This document shows positions 19,861 through 29,859 of a DNA stretch of 64,000 bases, one piece after another; within the stretch, counting starts at the first letter, position 1; every line of letters starts with the position of its first letter. Source of the DNA: Dehalococcoidia bacterium (GTDB taxonomy: Bacteria > Chloroflexota > Dehalococcoidia > Lucifugimonadales > UBA3495); NCBI GenBank assembly GCA_965222025.1, contig CBDCTI010000011.1, positions 70,990-134,989 on the forward strand. The letters are read 5' to 3'. The translations under genes and the position numbers were made by a program. The notes under the pieces were generated by a model that was not told the DNA's origin, did no database searches, and worked only from the letters and a program-made list of their open reading frames with translations.

Positions 19861-20150
19861 GATGGTCGCCCCCAATCTCTTCGTTTCTGCCTATTGAGAT
19901 AGGCGTTAAACAGCTGCCCGTCCTGCACGATCACCAGCAACCAATTCTCGACTTCCGGGACGGCTCCCCAATACAACTCTCGTCCGTCGCCCAAGTGCTC
20001 CACGTGATATGGCCCCACCAGTGTACGTAGTATCCATTCCCATCTGGGTTCGGAGTGCTTTTGTTGAGCCCTGTCCAGATAATAGGGATGTGGACAATCA
20101 ATTATACGCTGTGCCGCTCGAAGTCGCCGTTGGTATTCAGGCGATCCCAT
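19857..20150 (-). CDS. Putative toxin, DUF4258/BrnT-like
   Basis: H.E.RWEWILRTL..P...E...DGR..YWG.V.E.E.WLLVIV.D...FNAY; translationally coupled to the DUF2283 gene. Confidence 0.5.
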   Translation of the reverse strand: MGSPEYQRRLRAAQRIIDCPHPYYLDRAQQKHSEPRWEWILRTLVGPYHVEHLGDGRELYWGAVPEVENWLLVIVQDGQLFNAYLNRQKRRDWGRPS

Positions 20151-20188
20151 ATCCACAGACCTGAGAAGCAAGGTCTACAAACGCAAAC

Positions 20189-20992
20189 CTACATGCCCTG
20201 GAACCAGGGTTGGCGACGGTCGGCGAAGGCCTTGATGCCCTCCTGGAAGTCGCGGGTGCTCGCGGTGCGGGCGAAGGTATCAGTCTCGGCTTCCAGCTGC
20301 TCTTCCAGGGTGGAGTCCCAGGAGCGTTCGTAGAGCTCCTTGACACGGCCGTAGGCGACGGTGGGGCCGCCGGCGAGGCGTGTGGCAGTCTCCAGGGCGT
20401 GGCGGTCGAGCTCCTCGTCGGGGCAAACCTGCGAGACGAGGCCCAGCTCCAGGGCGCGGGGCGCGCCGATGGGCTGGCTGGCGAGGTAGAGTTCCATGGC
20501 CCGACCCGTTCCCAAGAGGCGGGGCAGCAGCCAGGTGGAGCCGCCGTCGGCGGGTGCGCCGATGTTGGCGTAGGCCATCAGGAAGCGGGAGTTCTGTGCC
20601 GCCACGCGCAGGTCGGCGGCAAGGGTCAGGCTGAAGCCCGCGCCGGCGGCGGCTCCGTTGATCCCGGCAACCACAGGCTTGGGGAGACGACGCAGGGGTA
20701 GCACGACCTCGTTGTGCAGGGCGTCGGCCAACTCGCGGATGGCCTGGGTGATGCCGTCGGGGCCGCTCTCCTCCAGGGTGGCGACGAGTTGCCTGACGTT
20801 GGCGCCCGCGCAGAAGGCGCCGCCGGCGCCGGTGAGCAGCACAGCGCGTATGTTGGGTGAGGCGCACTGCTGCACCGCGCGGCCAATTTCAGCGATCATG
20901 CCCGGTGTCAGGGCGTTGCGCGTCTCAGGACTGTCCAGGGTGATGATTCCGACGGCTCCTGAAGTGGTGAACTTGACCGACTCGTCTGCCAT
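20189..20992 (-). CDS. Enoyl-CoA hydratase/isomerase (PaaG-like)
   Basis: GGAFCAGAN, PKPVVAGINGAAAGAGFSL, DGGSTWLLPRLLG, DFQEGIKAF. Confidence 0.9.
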   Translation of the reverse strand: MADESVKFTTSGAVGIITLDSPETRNALTPGMIAEIGRAVQQCASPNIRAVLLTGAGGAFCAGANVRQLVATLEESGPDGITQAIRELADALHNEVVLPLRRLPKPVVAGINGAAAGAGFSLTLAADLRVAAQNSRFLMAYANIGAPADGGSTWLLPRLLGTGRAMELYLASQPIGAPRALELGLVSQVCPDEELDRHALETATRLAGGPTVAYGRVKELYERSWDSTLEEQLEAETDTFARTASTRDFQEGIKAFADRRQPWFQGM

Positions 20993-21397
20993 TGCTGAAT
21001 ACTCCTTCCATTGCGGAAACGGTGATTCCCGGGGGATTCTACCCAAATCGGAACCTTGGGAGCCAGCGAAACACCACCGCCTTGCGCGAGTTGGAGACGC
21101 TCGGATGGCAGATTCTGGCGTTTGCTTCGTGTACTGCAGTTGGCGGAATTATGGTGATTTGGTAAGTACGCTACGTTGCTTGGGCCGGCCAGGGTACTGA
21201 ATTGGGGAGGGCAGAATGCTGCCAGGCCCACTCTGGACTTCCGCCGGTTGCGGTGTGACGCATCCAGCGCCCCTGAGACCGTTGGCGACAGCGCCGGCCT
21301 AGCCCTCGGCGCCGTGGGTGGCCCAGGCGCGTCGGCGCAGGCCTTCAAATCAGAGCAGGTGCGACGATTGAACGGAGGATATCAATAGAGCAAGGTT

Positions 21398-22156
21398 TCA
21401 GCCTTTCATACCTTCTGGCTTAGGAAAACTGTGTCGGTTGCAGAACTCTTCCAATGAGCCGCAATCGTCCGAATCGAGGATGGACACGTGCTCATGCCAC
21501 GCGACAACCACTTCGTCCTCGCCAAATTCAGATGTGTACATTCTCCAGCATTTTCTGGAATCTATGAACACCGGGTTATCCCCACCGGCGCCCTCTAATA
21601 TCGCGGCTGGTTGGCCATGGGAGTCTACGGCCCTCCCGTCGCAGGGATGGCACACCAATCCCGGAAAATCCTGGTCACACTCGCTGGAATAGTCAAAGCC
21701 CCTGCCGAGGATATATTCGCCGCAGATAGAGCAAGGTACTAATTCCTCTCCATGTTGGCGAGCATAAAACTCTTTCAGCGAGCCACAGCCAAAGGGATCC
21801 AGCATTGTCACCCAACCGCCGAATCTGTACCTGCGCCAGCATTGCCGCCCGTCCACGAAAACGGGGTTGGGGCAGTCATCGTCGAAGAGAATATATGCGG
21901 CGCTTTCGGAAACGACGTAGGTCTCCGACCCATCGTCATTTGTTTCGGTTTGAACTCCCTCCGGAATGGGATCCAAATCCGCGAACCGGCCACTCGCTTG
22001 CCTCCCGCTGGAAGTGACCGCACTCTCATCGCAACTTACAAAGACTATACCTTGGTATCGGCTGGCAAATTCCTGATCATATCCCAATTCCCCGGCACAC
22101 ACCGAACACACCAACTCAAGGCTGTCCTTTTCCGGCCTGTCGCCTCTGTCCGCCAT
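21398..22156 (-). CDS. Hypothetical protein with two tandem Cys-rich repeats
   Basis: C..C / C..C / NPVF.D...CWR.Y / LD...CGSL.EF occurs twice. Confidence 0.65.
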   Translation of the reverse strand: MADRGDRPEKDSLELVCSVCAGELGYDQEFASRYQGIVFVSCDESAVTSSGRQASGRFADLDPIPEGVQTETNDDGSETYVVSESAAYILFDDDCPNPVFVDGRQCWRRYRFGGWVTMLDPFGCGSLKEFYARQHGEELVPCSICGEYILGRGFDYSSECDQDFPGLVCHPCDGRAVDSHGQPAAILEGAGGDNPVFIDSRKCWRMYTSEFGEDEVVVAWHEHVSILDSDDCGSLEEFCNRHSFPKPEGMKG

Positions 22157-22198
22157 TTCTTGCTCTCACTCTACTGCGGCCCGAGGGAGGGACGCTGA

Positions 22199-23353
22199 TC
22201 AGCCAGCGGCCCAGGCGTCGGCGCAGGCTTTGGCCACAGCGGCGGGAACGGCGCGGTCGAGGGACCACGGGATGACGCGCTCCGGGGTTGGTTCGGGGAT
22301 CAGTGCCGCAAGCGCCTCGCCGGCAGCCAGCTTCATCTCTGTAGTGATCCGAGTAGCCTTGGCGTCCAGCGCGCCCCGGAATACGCCGGGGAAGACGAGG
22401 CTGTTGTTGATCTGGTTGCGGAAGTCACTGCGCCCTGTCCCAACCACGGCGGCGCCAGCGGCCTCGGCCAGGTCTGGCATGATTTCCGGAACGGGGTTGG
22501 CCATGGCGAAGACTATGGAATCCTTGGCCATTGAGGAGATCATTTCCGGTGTGACCATGTCGGCCACTGCGAGGCCGATGAACACATCAGCTCCGCGCAG
22601 GGCCTCGGCTATCCCACCGGTGCGGTTCTCGGGGTTGGTGGTATCGAGCATTGAGGTCTTGATGGGCGTGAGGTCGGTGCGGCCGCGGTGAATGATGCCC
22701 ACGCTGTCGACCAGGATTATGTTGGTGGCGCCGTGATCCAGCAACAGCTTGGCGGAGGCGATGCCCCCAGCTCCGGCGCCTGCGAATACGAAGGAGGAGT
22801 CCTCTATCTTACGGCCGGTGACGGCGAGGCTGTTAATGACGGCAGCGAGCACGGCGATGGCCGTCCCATGCTGGTCGTCGTGGAAGACCGGGATGCCCAA
22901 GTCCTGCAGTGCGGCCTCGATATCGAAGCACTTGGGGGCTGCGATGTCCTCGAGGTTGACGCCGCCGAGGCTGGGAGCGATGGCTCGCACGGTGTTGATG
23001 ATCGATTCGGCATCCTGGGACGCGACACAGATAGGGTAGGCGTCGACGCCGCCGAGGGCCTTGAACAGGATGGACTTGCCTTCCATCACGGGCATGGCGG
23101 CCGCGGCCCCGATGTTGCCGAGGCCGAGGACTGCCGAGCCGTCGGTGACCACGGCGATGGTGTTGCCACGGTTGGTGAGGTTATAAGACTCGGCCGGGTC
23201 GGCGTGAATCGCCATGCAGACCGAGGCCACGCCAGGGGTGTAAGCGATGGACAGATCCTCCAGCGTTTCCACCGTCATCTTTGAAGCGATGCTCACTTTG
23301 CCGCGGGTCTCCCGGTGCCGCCGGATGGCCTCTGTTCCGTAGTCCGTTGTCAT
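22199..23353 (-). CDS. NAD(P)-dependent malic enzyme (short form)
   Basis: [52 protein letters not shown]. Confidence 0.93.
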   Translation of the reverse strand: MTTDYGTEAIRRHRETRGKVSIASKMTVETLEDLSIAYTPGVASVCMAIHADPAESYNLTNRGNTIAVVTDGSAVLGLGNIGAAAAMPVMEGKSILFKALGGVDAYPICVASQDAESIINTVRAIAPSLGGVNLEDIAAPKCFDIEAALQDLGIPVFHDDQHGTAIAVLAAVINSLAVTGRKIEDSSFVFAGAGAGGIASAKLLLDHGATNIILVDSVGIIHRGRTDLTPIKTSMLDTTNPENRTGGIAEALRGADVFIGLAVADMVTPEMISSMAKDSIVFAMANPVPEIMPDLAEAAGAAVVGTGRSDFRNQINNSLVFPGVFRGALDAKATRITTEMKLAAGEALAALIPEPTPERVIPWSLDRAVPAAVAKACADAWAAG

Positions 23354-23409
23354 TGTTGCACTCCTGACGTGGTTGGGATGGGTTGCCGATCATTGCTCTC
23401 GGAGGATTA

Positions 23410-25125
23410 CTAACTGGTCACTGCGCCATGTGAGGCGGAGGAGGCGAGCTTGGCGTACTTGGCGAGGGCGCCGGTAGTGTAGTTGGGCGGGAGGGGCTGC
23501 CAGTTGGCTCTGCGGTCGGTCAGCTCTTCCTCTGTCAGCATAACGTTCAGCTGGCGGGCAGGTATGTCGAGGATCACCTCGTCGCCCTCTCGCAGCAGGG
23601 CGATGGGGCCTCCCACCGCCGCCTCGGGGGCCACGTGGCCGACCATCGGGCCGTGGCTGGCGCCGGAGAAGCGGCCGTCGGTGACCAGCGCCACATCGTC
23701 GCCCAAACCTTGGCCCACGATGGCGGCGGTGACTCCCAGCATTTCCTGCATTCCTGGGCCGCCCTTGGGGCCCTCGTAACGGATGATCACGATGTCGCCG
23801 GCCTTTACCTCGCCTCGCTGGATGGCCTGGAAGGCCGCCGGTTCCTGGTCGAAGACACGGGCAGGGCCGCGATAGACCCTTTCCTGGTGGCCAGCCACCT
23901 TGATGACCGCGCCGTCGGGTGCCAGGTTGCCGTGCAGGATGGCCAGACCGCCAGTGGGACTGCGCGGGGTGTCGACCTGGGTGATGATGGGCTGATCGTC
24001 CACGACGGTGATGCTATCCAGGTTCTCGGCCACGGTCTTGCCGGTGACCGTCATGGCGTCGCCGTGGAGGAGACCCGCGTTCAGAAGACGCTTCATCACC
24101 AGGGCAACGCCGCCGTAGCGGGAGAGGTCTGCCATCACGTATTGGCCGGCGGGTTTCATGTCGGCGATGTAGGGAGTACCGGCGCTGATTCGCTCGAAAT
24201 CCTCCAGGGCGAGGGGCACGCCGGCCTCGTTGGCGATGGCCAGCAGGTGCAGGACGATGTTGGTGGAGCCGCCCATGGCGACACCCACGGTGATGGCGTT
24301 CTCGAAGGCCTGCTTGGTCATGATGTCGCGGGGGCGGACGTCGTCCTCCAGCAGGCGCATGAGGGTGCGGCCCACGTCGCGGGCCTCTCCCAGCTTGCGG
24401 GGGTCGATGGCCGGGATGGCGGCGTCGCCGGGCAGGGACATGCCCATGACTTCGATGGCGGTGGACATGGTGTTGGCGGTGAACAGACCGGCGCAGGAAC
24501 CCTCGCCGGGGCAGGCGACACACTCCAGAGCGCGCAGTTCATCGAAGGATACGTCGCCCTTGGCGTAGCTGCCGACAGCCTCGAAGACGTCCTGGATGTT
24601 GACGTCCCTGCCGTTGTGCTGGCCGGGCATGATGGAGCCGCCATACATGAAGATGCCGGGCACGTTGAGGCGTGCCAAGGCCATCATGCAGCCGGGCATA
24701 TTCTTGTCGCAGCCGGCGATTGTGATGAGGCCGTCCATGCGCTCGCCGAAGGTGACCAACTCGATAGAGTCGGCGATGACCTCGCGGCTGACCAGGGAGG
24801 TTTTCATGCCCTCGGTGCCCATGGAAATGCCGTCGCTGACGGTGATGGTGCCGAACTCGAAGGGCACGCCGTCGGCGGCGCGAACGCCCTCCTTGGCGCC
24901 ATTGGCGAAACGGCCGAGATGAACGTTGCAGGGTGTGACGTCGCTGGCCAGGTTGGCGATGGCGACGAAGGGTTTTTCCATGTCCTCGTGGGTGATGCCC
25001 ATGGCCATCAGCATGGCGCGTGCTGGTGCGCGCTGTGGGTCGTGGGTTATCTCGGCGCTACGGTGCTTGGTCTTCGCGGGCTTTCCGAGGTGAACTGGCG
25101 CTGTCGCTGCGTTGGTAGTGGCCAC
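23410..25125 (-). CDS. ilvD: Dihydroxy-acid dehydratase
   Basis: [54 protein letters not shown]. Confidence 0.95.
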   Translation of the reverse strand: MATTNAATAPVHLGKPAKTKHRSAEITHDPQRAPARAMLMAMGITHEDMEKPFVAIANLASDVTPCNVHLGRFANGAKEGVRAADGVPFEFGTITVSDGISMGTEGMKTSLVSREVIADSIELVTFGERMDGLITIAGCDKNMPGCMMALARLNVPGIFMYGGSIMPGQHNGRDVNIQDVFEAVGSYAKGDVSFDELRALECVACPGEGSCAGLFTANTMSTAIEVMGMSLPGDAAIPAIDPRKLGEARDVGRTLMRLLEDDVRPRDIMTKQAFENAITVGVAMGGSTNIVLHLLAIANEAGVPLALEDFERISAGTPYIADMKPAGQYVMADLSRYGGVALVMKRLLNAGLLHGDAMTVTGKTVAENLDSITVVDDQPIITQVDTPRSPTGGLAILHGNLAPDGAVIKVAGHQERVYRGPARVFDQEPAAFQAIQRGEVKAGDIVIIRYEGPKGGPGMQEMLGVTAAIVGQGLGDDVALVTDGRFSGASHGPMVGHVAPEAAVGGPIALLREGDEVILDIPARQLNVMLTEEELTDRRANWQPLPPNYTTGALAKYAKLASSASHGAVTS

Positions 25126-25332
25126 AGGGTCATCTCCGTTGGGGGGAGGATTGGGAACAGGGCGACGGGGGAAACGATGCCCGGCGCGACGCTGATGCCT
25201 CTCGGGTTCGCCTGATGCGCAATTATAGCCCGTTAAATAGGGAATGTAGAGAGTGAATCTGGAAAGGTCCCGTTAATGGGGAAACCCCCTTGTCGCGGAA
25301 GGGCATTGGCCGAATTGAGAGGCAGGCACTGA

Positions 25333-25836
25333 TCAGGTTTCGGGGTCGGCCAGCCGTTTTTCGTAGCAGAGGCTGAGGGGGTCATCGGGAGGGTAATCCC
25401 GGAATGGAGGGATCCAGTAGTAGCCGTTTTTCTCGTACAGGCCGACGGCCTCCGGCTGGTAAATGCCGGTCTCGAGCCGAACCAGGTTCACACCCTTCGA
25501 GGCCACGAGACCTTCGATGTGATCCAGCAGCAGCTTGCCGAATCCGCGTCCGCGGAATTCTTTGCGGACGTACATTCGCTTCAGTTCTCCGTAGGGGCGT
25601 CCGGGATCGCCTTCATCGGCGAAGAACCGGACTCCAGCGCAACCCGCTGGTTCCCCGCTGTTGAACAGGGCAAAGAACTCCACCTGCTGGTCGATCAGCT
25701 GCTGGATGCTGTAGCCGTGCTGGCTTTCCTTGGGATACAGCGGGTCGAGGTAGGCGTCCAGTTCGGCGATGAGCAGGCGAGCCTCTCGTGACGCGGGATG
25801 CATATGCCTGATAGTGACGGATTCGATCGATGCCAT
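25333..25836 (-). CDS. GNAT acetyltransferase
   Basis: GELKRMYVR..FRGRGFG, LETG..QPEA.GLYEK.GY. Confidence 0.88.
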   Translation of the reverse strand: MASIESVTIRHMHPASREARLLIAELDAYLDPLYPKESQHGYSIQQLIDQQVEFFALFNSGEPAGCAGVRFFADEGDPGRPYGELKRMYVRKEFRGRGFGKLLLDHIEGLVASKGVNLVRLETGIYQPEAVGLYEKNGYYWIPPFRDYPPDDPLSLCYEKRLADPET

Positions 25837-25904
25837 ACAAAAAGTCTAGCACCGCCCATCGGGGCGGTGCCAGAACAATGCGGGGCACATTTTGGTAACG
25901 CCGG

Positions 25905-27806
25905 TTATGGGTCGAGCCAGAGATGCTCGGTGCCCATTCCGTATTGGACCGTCTGGCGAGGCACGTAATTCTTGACCCGATTTGGCACGATCCATATTGG
26001 GTCGCCGTACCAGTAGTACTGGATCATGTGGTGCTCGCCCTTCAGGATTATGTCCTCCGCGTCTCGGATGAGAGCCTGCCTTGCGGCCAGGTCGGACTCG
26101 CCCTTCTGCGCTTCGAAAATTGCCCGCAGCTCGGGGTCTTCAAAGTCGATGGGGTTCCTGGGCGCTCCGGTCAGATACACGCCCAGCAGCAAGTCGTCGG
26201 GGTCCACGATGTTTGGTCCGTTATGGACACTGACGATATGACTGTAATCCGCGCCCTGCTCGGCGGCTATTACGGAAGCCAAGTCGGTGATGTTTATGTC
26301 CAAGTCGATGTTCAGGACGTCCTGAAAAGACTGCTTCAAGATGACCGGAATGTTCCTGTTGGAGGCGTAGGTGTGGTATGGGGCGCTGAATCCGTCGGCG
26401 TATCCAGCTTCTTCCATCAGGCGTTTTGCCTCGGCCAGATCCGCGGGGTCCTTGGTCAGGCCATCCACACCGATGGGATTGCCAAGGTAGAGTTCGCCGT
26501 TCTCGTCCAGATACCGGAAGCCAGGCCAAGTAGCCACCACCTCGTCGGGGGAAGACCAGTCGCTACCAGGGAAGAAGGGCTGGCCCATCTTGGCGAAACC
26601 GAGTTGGTGGACTTCGGCCAGTTCCTTCCGGTCGACGGTCAGAAAGACCGCGCGCCTGACCTTTGGGTCATTAAAGGGCGGAACCGTCCAGTTCATGTTG
26701 AACAGTCCCTGTATTGTGGCTCCGGGAGGCTGCACTACGCCCCTTCCTTCTGACTCCCATTCGCCTTTGAATGAGACCATATCTATGAGGGGAATAGCGC
26801 CGCCGGACCCCCGATGAGAAATGTCCAACTGGTCCGTCTGGAAGGCGGTAATGAACCGGTCTTTGTCTGTGATAATAAAGGTCTTTTTGCCGTCGACGAA
26901 AGGTAGACCTTCCTTGAAGTAGTCTGGATTCTTCTCGAGTTCCCAGCTCTGTCCTACTTGAATGTTAACGAACCGGTAGGCGCCGGAGGCGACGATATTA
27001 GCAGGGTCGTCGAAGAACTCTTCGCCATTCTCTATTCCTTCGAGGACATGCTTGGGAACGATCGCCATGAAGTCGATGGCCATGAACGGCAGGAAGGCCG
27101 CAGGGTTGGGGAAGAGTGTGCTCACCCTAATGGTGGTGGAGTCCACAGCTTCAGAGCCCGCATAGTAGGGGCGCAAGTTCTTGACCCTTGGACGGGATAC
27201 ACCTTCCGCAACCATGCGTTCCAGACTGAACACGACGTCATCGGCCGTAACGGGTTCACCGTCGGACCAGATGGCATTGTCCCAGATTTTGAAGGTTAAA
27301 CTCAGCCCGTCAGGGGCCCACTCCCAGCTTTCCGCCAGGTCGCCGATGATGGTCTTCTGGTCGGTCGGGTCGTACATCACCAGGTTGTTGTACAGGTCCC
27401 GGGCGGCGGCTGGGCCGGGGTTGCAGCAGGACTGGTGGATGTCCCAGTGGTCGGGCAGCCCGGTCTCCGCGTTGCGAAGGAGGCCGCCATACTTGCCCTG
27501 CGAGACGAACGATTCCCACGGCCTAGTGGCAGTGGAGCTTGCCACTCCACGGGTGGGCGCAACCACGGTGCCTGCAGAAATGGGCGGTGAAGTGGGGGCT
27601 ACGACCGGTACCGACGTGGCGGACGCAGGCGCTGGGGTTTCCCCTGGAGCAGCGGTGGCGCTGACAGCAGTGGCTGCCGGGGCCGAGGTGGCGGCGGGAG
27701 CGTCGGTGGGTTGCTCGGCACTACCACAGGCGAGGATGGCGATAACTGCCAGTGCGATCAGGACGGTAATCAGGTTTTTCATACCAGGCAGACGCGGTCC
27801 GGACAT
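25905..27806 (-). CDS. Peptide/nickel ABC substrate-binding lipoprotein 1 (family 5)
   Basis: Lipobox ILAC, Ala/Pro/Thr linker, GDLAESWEW..DG, W.DG.PVTADDV.FS, D.KVRRA. Alternative ATG 27782. Confidence 0.9.
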   Translation of the reverse strand: MSGPRLPGMKNLITVLIALAVIAILACGSAEQPTDAPAATSAPAATAVSATAAPGETPAPASATSVPVVAPTSPPISAGTVVAPTRGVASSTATRPWESFVSQGKYGGLLRNAETGLPDHWDIHQSCCNPGPAAARDLYNNLVMYDPTDQKTIIGDLAESWEWAPDGLSLTFKIWDNAIWSDGEPVTADDVVFSLERMVAEGVSRPRVKNLRPYYAGSEAVDSTTIRVSTLFPNPAAFLPFMAIDFMAIVPKHVLEGIENGEEFFDDPANIVASGAYRFVNIQVGQSWELEKNPDYFKEGLPFVDGKKTFIITDKDRFITAFQTDQLDISHRGSGGAIPLIDMVSFKGEWESEGRGVVQPPGATIQGLFNMNWTVPPFNDPKVRRAVFLTVDRKELAEVHQLGFAKMGQPFFPGSDWSSPDEVVATWPGFRYLDENGELYLGNPIGVDGLTKDPADLAEAKRLMEEAGYADGFSAPYHTYASNRNIPVILKQSFQDVLNIDLDINITDLASVIAAEQGADYSHIVSVHNGPNIVDPDDLLLGVYLTGAPRNPIDFEDPELRAIFEAQKGESDLAARQALIRDAEDIILKGEHHMIQYYWYGDPIWIVPNRVKNYVPRQTVQYGMGTEHLWLDP

Positions 27807-27829
27807 TTTGCACCCCTAATTTCGGAATT

Positions 27830-28738
27830 TTAAGTACCCCTCAAGCGCGGATCGAGCACGTCGCGGAGGGCGTCCCCCAGCAGGTTCACACCGAAGACTG
27901 CGAGGGAGAGAGCTATGCCGGGAGCGATTGCCAGCCAGGGAGCATCCCTGAGGTATGCGATACCGCCCTCGGCGAGCATCCCGCCCCAGCTTGGGACATC
28001 GGGCGGTACCCCGACTCCGAGGAAGGTGAGCGTGGCCTCCACAATGATGGCGTAGCCCAGGTTCAGGGTGAAGAGGATGATGAAAATGGCCATGCAGTTG
28101 GGGATGATGTGCCGGATGACGATGCGCATGTCGCCCGCACCCATGGCCCGGGCTGCCAGCACGTAGTCCATTTCCTTGACGGCCAGCGCCTGGGAACGGA
28201 TGGTGCGGATGGCGCTGGGAGCGAGCACCAGCACAAGTGCAATGATGATGTTGTTCACCGACGATCCAAGCACGGCCATGATGGCCAGCCCTAGGATGAT
28301 GCCGGGAAAAGCGATGAAGGCGTCCACGAATCTCTGGACGATCAGGTCCACCTTACCGCCGAAGTAGGCGCTAACGGCGCCGAGGAACGAACCTGCGGTG
28401 ATTCCTATGGCGATGCTGACCAACCCGACGTACAGGGAGATTCGGCCGCCGTAGAACAGGCGGCTAAGCACATCCCGGCCGAGGGAGTCGGCACCCAGCC
28501 AGAACTCGCTTCCGGGAGCCTGAAGTATGGCGTTTCCACGGATTTGATAAGGGTCATGAGGAGATATCAGCGGAGAGAAGATGGCGATCAGAACCAGTAT
28601 CAAGAGAATCCCGCCGCCGATCGCCCCCAACGGCTTGCGGCGCGAAAAATCGACGATGGCGGACAGGATACGGTAGTACCAGGGCAGTCTTATGGGCTGC
28701 TGATACCCCGACGACTCCTGTGGTATTCCTCTAATCAT
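27830..28738 (-). CDS. Peptide/nickel ABC permease (DppC/OppC type)
   Basis: LGADSLGRDVLSR, EAA motif DYVLAARAMGA, GDALRDVLDPR. Confidence 0.93.
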   Translation of the reverse strand: MIRGIPQESSGYQQPIRLPWYYRILSAIVDFSRRKPLGAIGGGILLILVLIAIFSPLISPHDPYQIRGNAILQAPGSEFWLGADSLGRDVLSRLFYGGRISLYVGLVSIAIGITAGSFLGAVSAYFGGKVDLIVQRFVDAFIAFPGIILGLAIMAVLGSSVNNIIIALVLVLAPSAIRTIRSQALAVKEMDYVLAARAMGAGDMRIVIRHIIPNCMAIFIILFTLNLGYAIIVEATLTFLGVGVPPDVPSWGGMLAEGGIAYLRDAPWLAIAPGIALSLAVFGVNLLGDALRDVLDPRLRGT

Positions 28739-28790
28739 CGGAACTCCTGGACAGTGAAATCACTGGGCGCGCCTTCTTTGCCCAGGCCCC

Positions 28791-29744
28791 CTAGGCGTAG
28801 CGGATCCTGGGGTTGAGCCAGCCGTAGAGCAGATCCACGACGAGATTGAGTACCAGCACGACCATAGCGATCAGCAGGATTACGGCCTGCACCACCGGAT
28901 AGTCCCGTATGAGGACGCTCTGCACCAGCAGAGTACCCATGCCCGGAACAACGAAGATGGCTTCGATGACCACGGCGCCGCCGAACAACCGACCCAACTG
29001 GAAGCCGACAATGGTGATCACAGGCAGGAAGGCGTTCTTGATGGCATGACGTCCCACAACCGACAGTTCCCTCAGGCCCTTGGATCGTGCGGTGCGGATG
29101 TAATCTTCGTGCATCACCTCCAGCATGGTGGAGCGGGTGAGCCGGGCGGCGAAGGCGGTGTTGAAGTAGCCAAGCGCCAAGGCCGGGAAGATCATCTGCG
29201 TCATGTTGGTCCACGGGTTTTCCCACAGGTCGGCATAGTCCAGCGGGGGTACCCAGTTGAAGTAGTACCCCAGGACGAAGAGCATCAGGATGCCGACCCA
29301 GAAGGTGGGCAAGGCCACGCCGGCGATGGTGAATATCTTGGCGGCGTGGTCGAAAATGGAGTCTTGCTTGACCGCCGAAAGCACACCAAGGGGAATGGCC
29401 ACAATGTAGGAAAGGATCAGGGCCATAACTGCCAGCTGGGTGCTGACCGGGAACCGGTCCTTCATGAGCTGGGCCACTGGAACATGGTGGAAGTAGGACT
29501 CGTTCAAGTCGCCCGTGAACAGGTCGCCGATCCAGGTGCCGTACTGGATATGGAGAGGACGGTTTGTGCCCAGCTTCTCCCGAACTATGTCGAGGTCTTC
29601 CTGGGTGAAGCTTCCTTCCGCCCCGCCAAGCATGGCAATAGCCGGATCGCCCGGCAGGATTCGCATGATGGCGAATGCCAGGAAAGAAGCAAGGATCAGT
29701 GTCGGAAGAAAAAGGGACAGCCGTTGGAGGATATAGCCAGTCAT
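28791..29744 (-). CDS. Peptide/nickel ABC permease (DppB/OppB type)
   Basis: LPGDPA, DYIRTARSKGL, HA.KNA, RDYPVVQ, NPRIRY. Confidence 0.93.
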   Translation of the reverse strand: MTGYILQRLSLFLPTLILASFLAFAIMRILPGDPAIAMLGGAEGSFTQEDLDIVREKLGTNRPLHIQYGTWIGDLFTGDLNESYFHHVPVAQLMKDRFPVSTQLAVMALILSYIVAIPLGVLSAVKQDSIFDHAAKIFTIAGVALPTFWVGILMLFVLGYYFNWVPPLDYADLWENPWTNMTQMIFPALALGYFNTAFAARLTRSTMLEVMHEDYIRTARSKGLRELSVVGRHAIKNAFLPVITIVGFQLGRLFGGAVVIEAIFVVPGMGTLLVQSVLIRDYPVVQAVILLIAMVVLVLNLVVDLLYGWLNPRIRYA

Positions 29745-29859
29745 AAGCTCGTATCCACTTTTTGGCTCGGGCGCTCACCGGCCGGATGGGTCTCCAATGA
29801 AAGGTCGGATCTCCTGCCGAAAATTTCCGGCGGGGGATCCGACACGGTTAAAACAGGTC

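Noticed and set aside
21046-21397. Possible gene or IS remnant in this intergenic stretch (also 4606-4800, 53151-53670, 57050-57330)
   Set aside because: No recognisable motif, terminal repeat or consistent frame.
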